This document shows, piece after piece, positions 1 to 9,267 of a stretch of 64,000 bases of DNA. The position numbers were made by a program, and so were the translations under genes. The stretch lies in the NCBI GenBank assembly GCA_965216875.1, contig OZ244207.1, positions 4,448,001 to 4,512,000 of the forward strand, given 5' to 3'. Under the pieces are notes generated by a model, which saw nothing but the letters and a program-made list of their open reading frames with translations, ran no database searches and had not been told where the DNA came from. Numbering within the stretch: the stretch's first letter is position 1; each line of letters begins with the position of its first letter. The stretch comes from Rubripirellula sp. (GTDB lineage Bacteria > Planctomycetota > Planctomycetia > Pirellulales > Pirellulaceae).

Positions 1-147
1 CGCCGCGGGTGGCTGATTCGAGAATTCGCCGACTCTGATGAATCGATGCAAGCCGAATGGAGCTACGCGATGATCGGACGAGGACGTCGACGCCGACGCG
101 TCGAGTTCGCCGAAACGAGGTAGCCAGCGATTCGGCAAGCGGCAACG

Positions 148-188
148 AAAAAACCCGCAGGCTGCCGCAAAAGGCATCCAGCGGGTTT
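148..188 (-). terminator. Intrinsic terminator-like hairpin downstream of the thioredoxin/YHS gene
   Basis: AAACCCGC...GCGGGTTT inverted repeat; on the minus strand it is followed by a T-tract, about 40 nt after the stop at 229. Confidence 0.65.
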
Positions 189-228
189 CGTATTTTCGTT
201 TGACCTCAGCGACTCAGCTTCGTCTAAC

Positions 229-1446
229 TCAGCTGCCGGGGTTGGCGTCTTTAACAGCTTGATCCATCACCTTGATCGAAGCATCGACGTAGCGATCGTA
301 CTCGGACTCGAAATGATCGCGAGCCGCCTCGTCAGCAAAGAAGAACATGCGGTTGTACTTGGGATCCTTGACGCCAAACTCTCGCTTGCCGGGAACGATT
401 TTCTTTTCCTCGAAGAATCGAACCACATCGATCTCGTTCAACACTGGCGTGTAAGGAGTCGGGTCGGCAAGAAACGTTTGCATCGCATCTTCGCTGACGA
501 AGAGGTAGAGTTTGCCAAGGTGAATCACGCCGAATTGCGGGTTGCCATCTTCCCAGCGATCTTGCTTGATCACGGTGACGGGACAAAACCCTTGCATCGC
601 AAGTTCGGGCATTTCGGCGGCAGGTGCGCCAGCTGGTTCGTCAGCAACGCTTGTTGCCGATGGGACAGCGGTATCCAAAGGTGCGGTTGGGATGTCCAAC
701 GCGGCAGTTGTTTCTTGTGCAATGGTCGCACTTGGAAGCGGCGGAGTGATCGCTGCGCCAGTGGCCTCGACAGACTCTTGACCAGGCATTGCCAACGACA
801 TCGATTCCGAAGGACTACTTGCCAGCTGGCCCTTCGCCCCGTTGCTGAGATTGCCGGGAAGACTAAAGCCCATCGAATTGGCTGGTGGCGTTTGATCGCC
901 AGCTGCTTCGATACCAACGCTTGGTGCTTCGATACCTGATTGCAGTGCGACTTCGGGCGCTGCGATGTTGGCATTGGGTTGTGCGGCCGCGACTTTCGCT
1001 TCAGGTGCCGGTACGGCTCCCGCAAAGCGCGGAGCTTCTGGTGCCGGGGCGACCTTGGTTAACATCGCGACGTAGCGAGCCGGTTGTTGCGGGCTCACTT
1101 GATGTGACAGGGTCTTACCCTTCGTCGTCACGATCACGTCCGTAGGAAACTTCGTGACCTTGAACATCTCGGTCAGTTGTGGGCTCTTGTTAGCGTGCAC
1201 TTTCACAGGCACGAAACTCTTCACCACTGCTTCGCCAACTTCGGGCGATTTGAACGAGCCCTCTTCGAGCCGATCGCACCACATGCAGTTGTCACTGTAG
1301 AAGTGCAACAGCAGCATCTTGCCTTCGGATTGAGCTTGGGTATGAGCCGAACGCAGATCGGTCTGCCATGGGATTTCAGCACGGACCGTGGTGAGAGTAC
1401 TCAGCGCGATTGCGACTGTGAAAAGTGAGAGGGCTGCCTTGCGCAT
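229..1446 (-). CDS. Secreted thioredoxin-family protein with Ala/Pro linker and C-terminal YHS-like domain
   Basis: Signal peptide; Trx-like domain with CMWC and FPT cis-Pro motif; C-terminal GFCPV...GKLYLF...FLADP YHS-type pattern. Confidence 0.8.
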   Translation of the reverse strand: MRKAALSLFTVAIALSTLTTVRAEIPWQTDLRSAHTQAQSEGKMLLLHFYSDNCMWCDRLEEGSFKSPEVGEAVVKSFVPVKVHANKSPQLTEMFKVTKFPTDVIVTTKGKTLSHQVSPQQPARYVAMLTKVAPAPEAPRFAGAVPAPEAKVAAAQPNANIAAPEVALQSGIEAPSVGIEAAGDQTPPANSMGFSLPGNLSNGAKGQLASSPSESMSLAMPGQESVEATGAAITPPLPSATIAQETTAALDIPTAPLDTAVPSATSVADEPAGAPAAEMPELAMQGFCPVTVIKQDRWEDGNPQFGVIHLGKLYLFVSEDAMQTFLADPTPYTPVLNEIDVVRFFEEKKIVPGKREFGVKDPKYNRMFFFADEAARDHFESEYDRYVDASIKVMDQAVKDANPGS

Positions 1447-1757
1447 TAAACCAGAGTCCTATCGTCGGGGACTTTGCTTGGTAACGAACGATTCCATTCG
1501 TTCGCGTGGGTAGTTTCGTCCGCGTCGTTGTTATGTGCGGTACAGATTGGCGTTTGCGTGGTCGCGAACGGGCATCTGCATAGGGGCGAGCCGTCGGGAG
1601 GGACGTCCCGCTGCAACCGTTTTCGACCAACCGTCGACCGCGGCTTCAGCGGAATCTACAAATTGGGGCGACTTTAACGCCAGCGTGATCTCTGCGGCTT
1701 GCCGGTGCCCAGCACGGTTCTTTCGGGGGGGCTGGTATGGGCGATGTGGGATCTCAC

Positions 1758-1785
1758 TTGACATCGCTGGCGTAGGGTCTATATT
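1758..1785 (+). promoter_or_regulatory. Candidate sigma70 promoter upstream of the long rho leader
   Basis: TTGACA (1758-1763), 16-nt spacer, TATATT (1780-1785), pointing towards rho. Confidence 0.5.
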
Positions 1786-2003
1786 TCAGGCGAAGTAATG
1801 AAGGTATGGGCGTTTCACCCCTTTACCTCTCCCTGGACGGCTTGATCGCGTCCCCTCTCCATTTGTGTTTGCGAACTGCAAATCCCTGGTTGCATGGAGA
1901 ATCATCGGGTTCAGGAGAACCCCGACTGGAACCAGGTCGAGGCTGACTCGGTCAAACCGACAATCGTTGGGCGGGTTTCACAGCGAGCCTTCGCTCCCTG
2001 CCC

Positions 2004-2060
2004 CCAAGAACTAACTTTTGGCTACCAAGAACAACTTTTGGACCAAAGCCTAACTTTTGG
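2004..2060. repeat. Three tandem 17-18 bp imperfect palindromes CCAA..AACTTTTGG
   Basis: CCAAGAACTAACTTTTGG, CCAAGAACAACTTTTGG and CCAAAGCCTAACTTTTGG with about 20-bp period. Confidence 0.7.
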
Positions 2061-2534
2061 CAAAAACACTTCCATTGGGTTGGAAGCCCTCGAAGCGTTT
2101 TGAATCGAGTTCACGTGGTCCTGACTTTGGCCACTCGCTCCCGAAATTAACAAACTCGGCCACGAAAGGCCCCCAAGACATTCCGCCCATCGGGCACTTA
2201 TGGTTGTTGCCGGCGATCGACTCGTCATTCACCTTTGACCCACCCCAGTCGCAGCCAACCTTTCACATTTCGCCGCAACCCGGCCACGATTCCAAATCAC
2301 ACTCGTTTCTTTGCTCGGATGCTTACCGCCGTCCGTTCGAAGAACTCACTTTCCTCAGTCAATTGGTGCGGTAATTCTTCAATCTCGCTGACACGGTCTT
2401 TGGGATGCCGCTTGCATTGGCTTGGCATCACCTTGCAGCCAGCAAAAAAGCTTCGGCTACTTCGCTGCAATGTGCCAACTCCATGCCTGAATCTCCTCAG
2501 TCCGGCAACCACGTTCAGCGTCTCTGGATGACAC

Positions 2535-3845
2535 ATGGCGAAAAAGAAACGGACCAATCGCGGACGGAGTTCCAACAACAGCGGCTCGGCTACGTCGCAA
2601 AGCAACGGCAAGCCACGCGTTCGTCGTCGCCGTCGCGGCGGTGGCGGAGGCGGAGGAGGCGGCGACAAGCAGAACAATGATCGCGAGCCTCAGGATGTTC
2701 CCAGCGACGCCCCGCTTGAAGAGGGCGATGGGATCCTCGAACTTCATCCCAATGGCTACGGCTTCCTTCGCAGCACCGAAAACAACTATGCCCGCGAACG
2801 AAGCGATCCGTTTGTTCCCGGCACCATGATCGAACGCTTTGGACTTCGCCAAGGTGTGCACATCAAAGCGATGGTCCAACAAGCTCGCCGCCAACAAGGC
2901 CCGCGCGTTCGCGAGATCCTTGATGTCGATGGCATGTCGCCCGAAGCTTACCCCGACGTGAAAAGCTTTGACGCGCTGACCCCCATCAACCCCGAGGAAT
3001 GGTTGCGACTTGAACGTGGCCAACGTCCCATCACCAACCGCGTGATCGACCTGTTGGCTCCGATGGGCAAAGGTCAACGAGCACTCATCGTTGCTCCACC
3101 GCGAAGTGGTAAGACCGTGATGCTTCAAGATATCGCGGGCGGTATCGCCGAGAATCACAAAGACGTCAAACTGATCGTCTTGCTGATCGACGAACGCCCC
3201 GAAGAAGTGACCGACATGCGTCGCAATGTCTTGGGCGGTGAAGTCGTCGCCAGCAGTCTCGACATGGACGTGGAAAGTCACGTTCGCCTCAGTCAACTTG
3301 TGGTCGATCGGGCGCGCCGCTTGGCCGAAATGGGACAAGATGTTTTCTTGATGCTCGATTCGATCACCCGCTTGGCTCGTGCCTTCAACAAGTGGGTTGG
3401 CCGCAGCGGTCGCGGTGGAGCGACCATGACGGGCGGTTTGGACATCAAGGCGATGGACATCCCCAAGAAGCTGTTCGCTACCGCACGTGCCTTCCAAGAA
3501 GGCGGCTCGCTTACCGTCGTCGGTACAGCGCTGGTCGATACCAACAGCCGAATGGACGAAGCGATTTTCCAAGAGTTTAAAGGTACCGGTAATATGGAAC
3601 TGGTACTCGATCGACGCTTGGCCGATCGTCGCGTGTGGCCTTCAATCGACATCTCCCAAAGCGGCACCCGTCGCGAAGAGCTGCTTCACGACGAAGAGAC
3701 TTATGAAGCGGTCACGATGTTGCGACGAACACTGAGCAGCATGCATCCGTGCGACGCGATGGAACAATTGACCAAGCAGCTTGGTCGATTTGAAACGAAC
3801 GAGGAGTTCATCAAATTGATCAGCGGTGCCAGCTCGGCTCTCTAG
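2535..3845 (+). CDS. rho: Transcription termination factor Rho
   Basis: GYGFLR RNA-binding motif, Walker A APPRSGKT, LIDERPEEVTD, DSITRLARA, FKGTGNMEL, SGTRREELL. Confidence 0.97.
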   Translation: MAKKKRTNRGRSSNNSGSATSQSNGKPRVRRRRRGGGGGGGGGDKQNNDREPQDVPSDAPLEEGDGILELHPNGYGFLRSTENNYARERSDPFVPGTMIERFGLRQGVHIKAMVQQARRQQGPRVREILDVDGMSPEAYPDVKSFDALTPINPEEWLRLERGQRPITNRVIDLLAPMGKGQRALIVAPPRSGKTVMLQDIAGGIAENHKDVKLIVLLIDERPEEVTDMRRNVLGGEVVASSLDMDVESHVRLSQLVVDRARRLAEMGQDVFLMLDSITRLARAFNKWVGRSGRGGATMTGGLDIKAMDIPKKLFATARAFQEGGSLTVVGTALVDTNSRMDEAIFQEFKGTGNMELVLDRRLADRRVWPSIDISQSGTRREELLHDEETYEAVTMLRRTLSSMHPCDAMEQLTKQLGRFETNEEFIKLISGASSAL

Positions 3846-3959
3846 CCAAAGCCGGTCGGCACAGGTTCGCGAAACAAGCATGGCTTGCAGCGAACCCGAT
3901 GCGACCGCAAAATGTCAGAAAGAAGAGACGGCGATGATCACCTCATCTCCGTTTCATCT

Positions 3960-4042
3960 GGAGGATAAGCGAATTGGTGAGCGGCCTCACTGGAACTGAG
4001 GTACCCCGTAAGGGGCTGCGGGTTCGAGTCCCGTGTCCTCCG
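3960..4042 (+). tRNA. tRNA-Ser(GGA), atypical D-arm; CCA not encoded
   Basis: Acceptor GGAGGAT/GTCCTCC with G discriminator; anticodon stem CCTCA/TGAGG, loop CTGGAAC (GGA at 3992-3994); long variable arm CCCC-GTAA-GGGG; T-loop TTCGAGT. Confidence 0.85.
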
Positions 4043-4051
4043 CTTTGCGAA

Positions 4052-4100
4052 AAAGGTGTCAGGACTCTCTTTTAGCTGAAAAGAGAGTTCTGACACCTTT
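4052..4100. repeat. Long palindrome (REP-like or bidirectional terminator) directly after the tRNA
   Basis: AAAGGTGTCAGGACTCTCTTTT-agctg-AAAAGAGAGTTCTGACACCTTT, 22-bp stem with one G-T pair. Confidence 0.8.
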
Positions 4101-4248
4101 CTTTATTGACGCCGAAGAACACCGCGTGGTGCGTGGGCTTGCGCGCACCAACTCATCACCAGCCAGAGGTTGTCCCCGGTGCGCGCAAGCACACACCCTA
4201 CGATGAGAAAGACAACCCAGCACCCATTCCGCGTATTCTGACTTTTTC

Positions 4249-5004
4249 ATGACGACGGTTCGTGAGCACTACGACCAACTTCTCGGTCCGATCTATGCTT
4301 GGATGGTCGGTGACTTTGAGGCGGCCGTTGCGAGAGCATCAGCGTTCTTTGACGAGGTTGGCACCGACGTAGGTGACGATCAATTGGCCGTTGACCTCGG
4401 TTGTGGCCACGGCATCCACTGCGTCGCCCTTGCGCGACGTGGATGGCGCGTGATGGGTCTCGATACGTCGTCACACCTGTTGGCCGAACTCGAACGACAC
4501 AAAGCCGATCTGCCGATTCGAACGATCGACGATGATCTCTGCGCGTTCACGGATCATCTTGGCGATGACACGGTCGACCTGATCTGCTGCATGGGCGACA
4601 CGGTCACACACCTCGAGTCGATCGATTCGGTGGTCTCACTCATCAAGAACGCTGCGGCCAGTCTAAAACACGACGGCTGCTTCATTGTGTCGCTGCGCGA
4701 CTACGCCAGCCAGAGCCTGACGGGAACCAGCCGTTTCATTCCAGTACGGTCCGACGCGCATCGCATTCACACTTGCTTTCTTGAGTATCAAAAGGACGTT
4801 GTGCAGGTTCACGACATCGTCCATCACCTCGAGGAATCTGGCTGGAAGACATCGGTTAGCGCGTATCCCAAACTGCGTTTAGCGATCGATGACCTGATCG
4901 CGACAGCCGAAAAACACTCATTGCATTTGACGTTCCGTGTCACGCTTGCGGGAATGGTCCACCTCGCTTTTTCTAAACGATCGACTGAAACTAGAACGGC
5001 CTAG
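4249..5004 (+). CDS. Class I SAM-dependent methyltransferase
   Basis: VDLGCGHG motif I, GLDTS, DLICCMGDTVTHL. Confidence 0.9.
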   Translation: MTTVREHYDQLLGPIYAWMVGDFEAAVARASAFFDEVGTDVGDDQLAVDLGCGHGIHCVALARRGWRVMGLDTSSHLLAELERHKADLPIRTIDDDLCAFTDHLGDDTVDLICCMGDTVTHLESIDSVVSLIKNAAASLKHDGCFIVSLRDYASQSLTGTSRFIPVRSDAHRIHTCFLEYQKDVVQVHDIVHHLEESGWKTSVSAYPKLRLAIDDLIATAEKHSLHLTFRVTLAGMVHLAFSKRSTETRTA

Positions 5005-5220
5005 AAGAGAGCGGGGTGTCCGGCGATGTTCGGGGTCTAAAACGAACACGTTTTTGCGAATCTACTGCAACCCGCATTTCCACCGCTTGGACATCCACCG
5101 AGGGCACGGAACCGACTACGATAATCAGTGGTCCGCATGCTGATTGGCTCACACACACGTGTCAGCTCTCTTCCTTTTCGGTCGTGCGTCGAACCTATTT
5201 CGAAACCTTCCAATCGAACC

Positions 5221-6075
5221 ATGCTCATGCAGATCACGTGTCCTGGTTGTGGATGTCAGTTGCCAGTGGAAAGCCACCTTGCTGGTACAAACATTCAATG
5301 TGGTGGCTGCAACACGCTTGTTCAGGTCCCCAATTCGCCTGAACCAATCGGGCTTCCACCTGCCGCCCCCGACGCGTATGTCGACCCGCACTTCGCTCGA
5401 AAGCCAGTTCGATCCGATTGGATGGGCAACGAATCGCTCATCATCACCGCGGCAAGTTGTCTGTTGTGCGTCATGATCGTCGTCGGCATCGTGATCTTGA
5501 CACGTGCCTACACCGAGCCGGTTGCGACCGAAGAAGCCGTAGCCACCGTCGAGGACATCGAACCGGAAGCACAACGGACCTTCTTCAAAGAAGGCTACTC
5601 GATCGAACTGCCAGACGGATTCAAACGACAGTCCCGTGAGAAACTCGAGGAGGGCGTAACCGTCTATCGGTTCGAAACCGAAAAGGGTTACCGCTTTACG
5701 ATGGCGATCATTCCCGACGAATCAGTCGACCGCTTTTCGCACCCACCCGATGACCTTTCCGGCGCGTTGTTCGACGGCGTAAAGGACTTGCGGTATGGCC
5801 CTAAAGCAGACCTTAAACCGTCCAAAGTGATTGTCGACAGCATGGGGGCGAGCATCTTTCGCTATTACGAGCGAGAAACGTTTCGCGGCATCACATTCAC
5901 CTACGTGATGGCTGTCCTCGACCCGGGCAAGAAGCTCATCCTAAGATTCTCTGGACGATACGGCGGCTTCCACGAGGACGAAGAGAACTTCGAGATGCCC
6001 AGCCACTGGTACGAGTCGCTCAAGAGCTTCGAAAAGGGAATCCCTGTTCCCAAAAAAGAACCGGTGTCTGCATGA
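5221..6075 (+). CDS. Membrane-anchored hypothetical protein with N-terminal zinc ribbon
   Basis: CPGC...CGGC zinc-ribbon pattern right after the ATG at 5221/5227, one TM helix, soluble C-terminal domain; ORF track start 5128 is probably too far upstream. Confidence 0.7.
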   Translation: MLMQITCPGCGCQLPVESHLAGTNIQCGGCNTLVQVPNSPEPIGLPPAAPDAYVDPHFARKPVRSDWMGNESLIITAASCLLCVMIVVGIVILTRAYTEPVATEEAVATVEDIEPEAQRTFFKEGYSIELPDGFKRQSREKLEEGVTVYRFETEKGYRFTMAIIPDESVDRFSHPPDDLSGALFDGVKDLRYGPKADLKPSKVIVDSMGASIFRYYERETFRGITFTYVMAVLDPGKKLILRFSGRYGGFHEDEENFEMPSHWYESLKSFEKGIPVPKKEPVSA

Positions 6076-6091
6076 TACGTTTCGCGGCGTC

Positions 6092-6598
6092 TTAGCGAAC
6101 GACGTTCAAACCCGCCGCGTAGTCGGAATTGCCTGCGATCGCAAAGTGGAACGTCAACAAAAAGAAAAGCCCTGCCGAGGCAAAGATCATCCCTGCAAAA
6201 AAGCCGGTCCAGTGTGAACTGTACGAACCGGTAATCAGGTACGCGTCACTCGGATCGGCTGGGTCATAACTCGCCCTGACGACTTCAGCTTTTTTCAGCC
6301 TGTCGTAAAGTGGGCGATGGCCTTCAAAACTCGATGCGCTGTAGGCCGGATGTAACTTGCTGCCAACGTAGTCCTTTCCGTTGACGCGATACTTGTATTC
6401 GACTTTCACTTCATACGTCGTGCCGCCTTCGGAATCGGTGCTTGAGTCGAAATCACAGCTGATCACGTCTGCATCGATGGTTGGCCATTTCGTAACCGCT
6501 CGAGCTTTGCTGATGCCGCGCAAGGTGAAATAGCAAATGCCTAAGCCGACCACGATAAAGATCGAGCAGAATGGATAAATCAGCCAAAGGACTTTCAT
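6092..6598 (-). CDS. DUF3592-like membrane protein
   Basis: Two TM helices flanking WPT...V.Y.Y.VNG..Y...YDPADPSDAYL pattern. Confidence 0.8.
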   Translation of the reverse strand: MKVLWLIYPFCSIFIVVGLGICYFTLRGISKARAVTKWPTIDADVISCDFDSSTDSEGGTTYEVKVEYKYRVNGKDYVGSKLHPAYSASSFEGHRPLYDRLKKAEVVRASYDPADPSDAYLITGSYSSHWTGFFAGMIFASAGLFFLLTFHFAIAGNSDYAAGLNVVR

Positions 6599-6696
6599 GA
6601 TTGCCTGCGCGTTTATTTTGCCAACATCACTTGGTCAATTTGGAAATCAAGGTCACCCGCTTATCGTACATCATCTCCTGCTCCAACCGCCCAAAG

Positions 6697-6875
6697 CTCG
6701 GCGGGAGCCTCGCCCTCCCAAATCCCACAAGAGCGATTAACGCGTGAATCAACTGCCCGGGCCAGGGAAGAGAATTGACAGAAAAATGGAGGGCAAAAAA
6801 ATGGGCGGTGCCTCAAGATTTCGTTGCCAACCATCTCTGTGAACCCTGCGTTCTCTGTGGCTTTGTTCTTCGGAG
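6697..6875. repeat. Composite intergenic repeat, copy A
   Basis: CTCGGCGGGAGCCTCGCCCTCCC + GACAGAAAAATGGAGGGCAAAAAAATGG + CTCTGTG..CTCTGTGG modules; close match to 8561-8740. Confidence 0.85.
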
Positions 6876-6987
6876 AAGAGACGTCACGGAGAGAGCATCA
6901 CGAACAACGTTTGAGTAAGCCCTATCAGTGATCTCGCGAGCGTCACTCGGACGGGATGGGATGAGCTCACTTGTCGCTCGCCAATCA

Positions 6988-8208
6988 TTACTCCCCGCTC
7001 GCTTCCCGGGCGATTTGATTGATCAATTCACGATCTTGATCCTCAAAACGGTCCAGCCGAATTCGAACCGTTCTCCCAGTCCGCAACTTAAGAATCGCAT
7101 GCTGCTTGCTGACACGTTCGACCAATCCCAAAACGATTGTTCCGTTCTTCAACCTCCACCGAGTTCGGTTCGTCGTTTCCGTTGGCAAGGACGAAGTGTT
7201 AGGAGAGTCGCTCTCCGATGATTCTTGCACACCCTGCAGGTCTTGGTTTTCCATGCTTGCCGATTCGGGCCCCGTTGGTTCCGCACCTGGAATACGCAAA
7301 ACGCGACGGGGTGGGTAGTACGGGTCACTCGAATCGGGCTTTTTCAATCCATCAACACGGATTACCCGATCACCGCCTCCAAAGGTTGTAAAAAGGAAGT
7401 CCCCAGTTAACGGATCGATCATGCCTCCTTCGGCACCATGCAAGTCGCCAACGAACACGCGGCGCGTTTCCGGAACGGGATCCCCCGTTTCCGTGATTTC
7501 ATAGGCAACGACATTTCCCGCGCTCCACTCAGCAACTAACAAACTTGGTTTCGGGAATTGCGGTGATCCCTTGGGGACATAAACAAATCCCTCTGGACCT
7601 CCCTGCAAGTTGGTCACATGGGTCCTACGCACAACGTCGTAGCTCCCGTCACCAGCCGGACGTAGTTGCGCGTCGTACCAGCCCCCACTACTCCAAGTCA
7701 ACATTTTCAAATGCCCCGTGGGCGCGAAAAAATTCAGACTTGCAAGGGAGTGTTTCTGGCTCTCACCACCTAGATTCAAAACCCGTCCAGGTGTTCGAGC
7801 ACCAATTGCAAGTTGTCCGAGGTTGTTCACTGGCCACTGAGCACACAACAGCACGCCATTTGGCGCATAGCATAATCCACCGTCATTGTAGGGCGCATCG
7901 GCGAAAAACGCCGCGTTACCAAGTGACTCGATACTATCGTCATCGGAACGCCGCACTTTAACAGCAAAGAGTTTGCCCGTGGCACGATTGGCATTCCCTC
8001 CGATAAGCAAGACGTTGGCGTCGTCGCTCTTTAAAACCAAACCGCCTTGGCGTGTTGGCAATCCGCGGACCCGCCCAAGGTCCGTGAGCTTGTAATCTTT
8101 TTGAAAGGTCTCACCCAGAGTCTGGGCCGAAGCCACTCCAGAAAAGATCAGGGGAGCAAGGAGGAAAGAGATTACAAGTCGTCGCAGTATCAAGACAATC
8201 CTGGACAT
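6988..8208 (-). CDS. Secreted beta-rich (propeller-like) protein with C-terminal SHD1-like domain
   Basis: Signal peptide from MSRIV (ATG 8208); Gly-rich repeats (APYNDGGL, GPEGFVYVP, GAEGGMIDP); C-terminal RWRLKNG...RIRLDRFEDQDRELI resembles SHD1. Confidence 0.7.
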   Translation of the reverse strand: MSRIVLILRRLVISFLLAPLIFSGVASAQTLGETFQKDYKLTDLGRVRGLPTRQGGLVLKSDDANVLLIGGNANRATGKLFAVKVRRSDDDSIESLGNAAFFADAPYNDGGLCYAPNGVLLCAQWPVNNLGQLAIGARTPGRVLNLGGESQKHSLASLNFFAPTGHLKMLTWSSGGWYDAQLRPAGDGSYDVVRRTHVTNLQGGPEGFVYVPKGSPQFPKPSLLVAEWSAGNVVAYEITETGDPVPETRRVFVGDLHGAEGGMIDPLTGDFLFTTFGGGDRVIRVDGLKKPDSSDPYYPPRRVLRIPGAEPTGPESASMENQDLQGVQESSESDSPNTSSLPTETTNRTRWRLKNGTIVLGLVERVSKQHAILKLRTGRTVRIRLDRFEDQDRELINQIAREASGE

Positions 8209-8560
8209 GTCGTTCTCGCAGTGGTGACACGCAACTTGTTTCCACTCAAACAGAGACAATCCGACCGCAAGAAGCTTCCCACACAACTGATCGTGAGTCA
8301 ACGTTGCGCGATCGCTGGGTAACCAACGGAATCAAATAGAAATCACAGAATAAAGCAGATGGCGACACGGATGTTCATTGGTTCATTCTGGAGCCAAGCT
8401 CAGATTGGCTCGATTGAGCAGCAATCGAATTCAATAGACTCAGATTGCAATCTCGCCAACTAATCACTGGTGCTCTGCCCCCGTCTTGTCCTTTCGTGTT
8501 TATTTTCGGTTTACATCCGTGCATACGATTGCCTAGTGGCATGTTCGATAGATGTGAAAC

Positions 8561-8824
8561 CTCGGCGGGAGCCTCGCCCTCCCAAATCCCACAAGAGCGA
8601 TTAACTCGTGAAAAAAATTGCCCGGCCCAGGGAAGAGAGTTGACAGAAAAATGGAGGGCAAAAAAATGGGCGGGGTCTTAAGAGTTCGTTGCAAACAAAC
8701 TCTGTGAACACTGTGCTCTCTGTGGCTTTGTTGCTCGGAGCGTCATGCGATCGATCGGAGGGCAAGGCTCCCGGAAATCGTTGGCAACAGATTGGCCACG
8801 AAAAACACGAGAAGACACAAAAAG
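8561..8824. repeat. Composite intergenic repeat, copy B
   Basis: Same modules as copy A plus GGCCACGAAAAACACGAGAAGACACAAAAAG. Confidence 0.85.
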
Positions 8825-8835
8825 GCTCCGCTTGG

Positions 8836-9267
8836 ATGTCAGAGTTCTTAACAAGTAAAACGATTGGGGCTGGAGGAATCGACTTTAGCTTGCAATTTGA
8901 GTCGATGGGATCGACTGGTTCATACACCCTGATTCGCGATCGCGGGAGTAGACGTATCGTTACACAAATTGACGGGTATGAGCTGGTTGTATCTTCAACC
9001 GAGGAGTTGCTCGATTTGCTTCGAAGGCAATTTGCTGAATTGAACGAGTTTGTCGGTGCGCATCCGGAAGAACTCGCCGAGATGTTCAGCCATTTGCAGT
9101 TTGGTGGTCGGGTCGTGTGTCGCAGCCCTCTGTTTGAAGCCGGCTTTGATTCGATCGATGAATTCCTACCGCAGTGGGAAGCTCCAAAGTTAAAGTGGCA
9201 TGACTTGAATATGGACACACCAGCGATGTCTTACACTCCACGGGAACAGGTCATTGAGACAAAGTGA
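8836..9267 (+). CDS. Hypothetical protein (about 143 aa) between repeat copies
   Basis: ATG at 8836 directly after repeat B; the upstream part of ORF 8689 is repeat-derived; globular-looking composition. Confidence 0.5.
   Translation: MSEFLTSKTIGAGGIDFSLQFESMGSTGSYTLIRDRGSRRIVTQIDGYELVVSSTEELLDLLRRQFAELNEFVGAHPEELAEMFSHLQFGGRVVCRSPLFEAGFDSIDEFLPQWEAPKLKWHDLNMDTPAMSYTPREQVIETK

Noticed and set aside
1..123. 3' end of a plus-strand CDS running into the window (frame 1 open to TAG at 121-123)
   Set aside because: Plausible given the convergent hairpin, but 40 codons without a recognisable motif cannot be supported
2457..3572. 371-aa minus-strand ORF
   Set aside because: Antisense shadow of rho
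3960..4042. tRNA-Sec to serve the UGA at 33817
   Set aside because: Anticodon is GGA, not TCA, and the long D-stem of tRNA-Sec is absent
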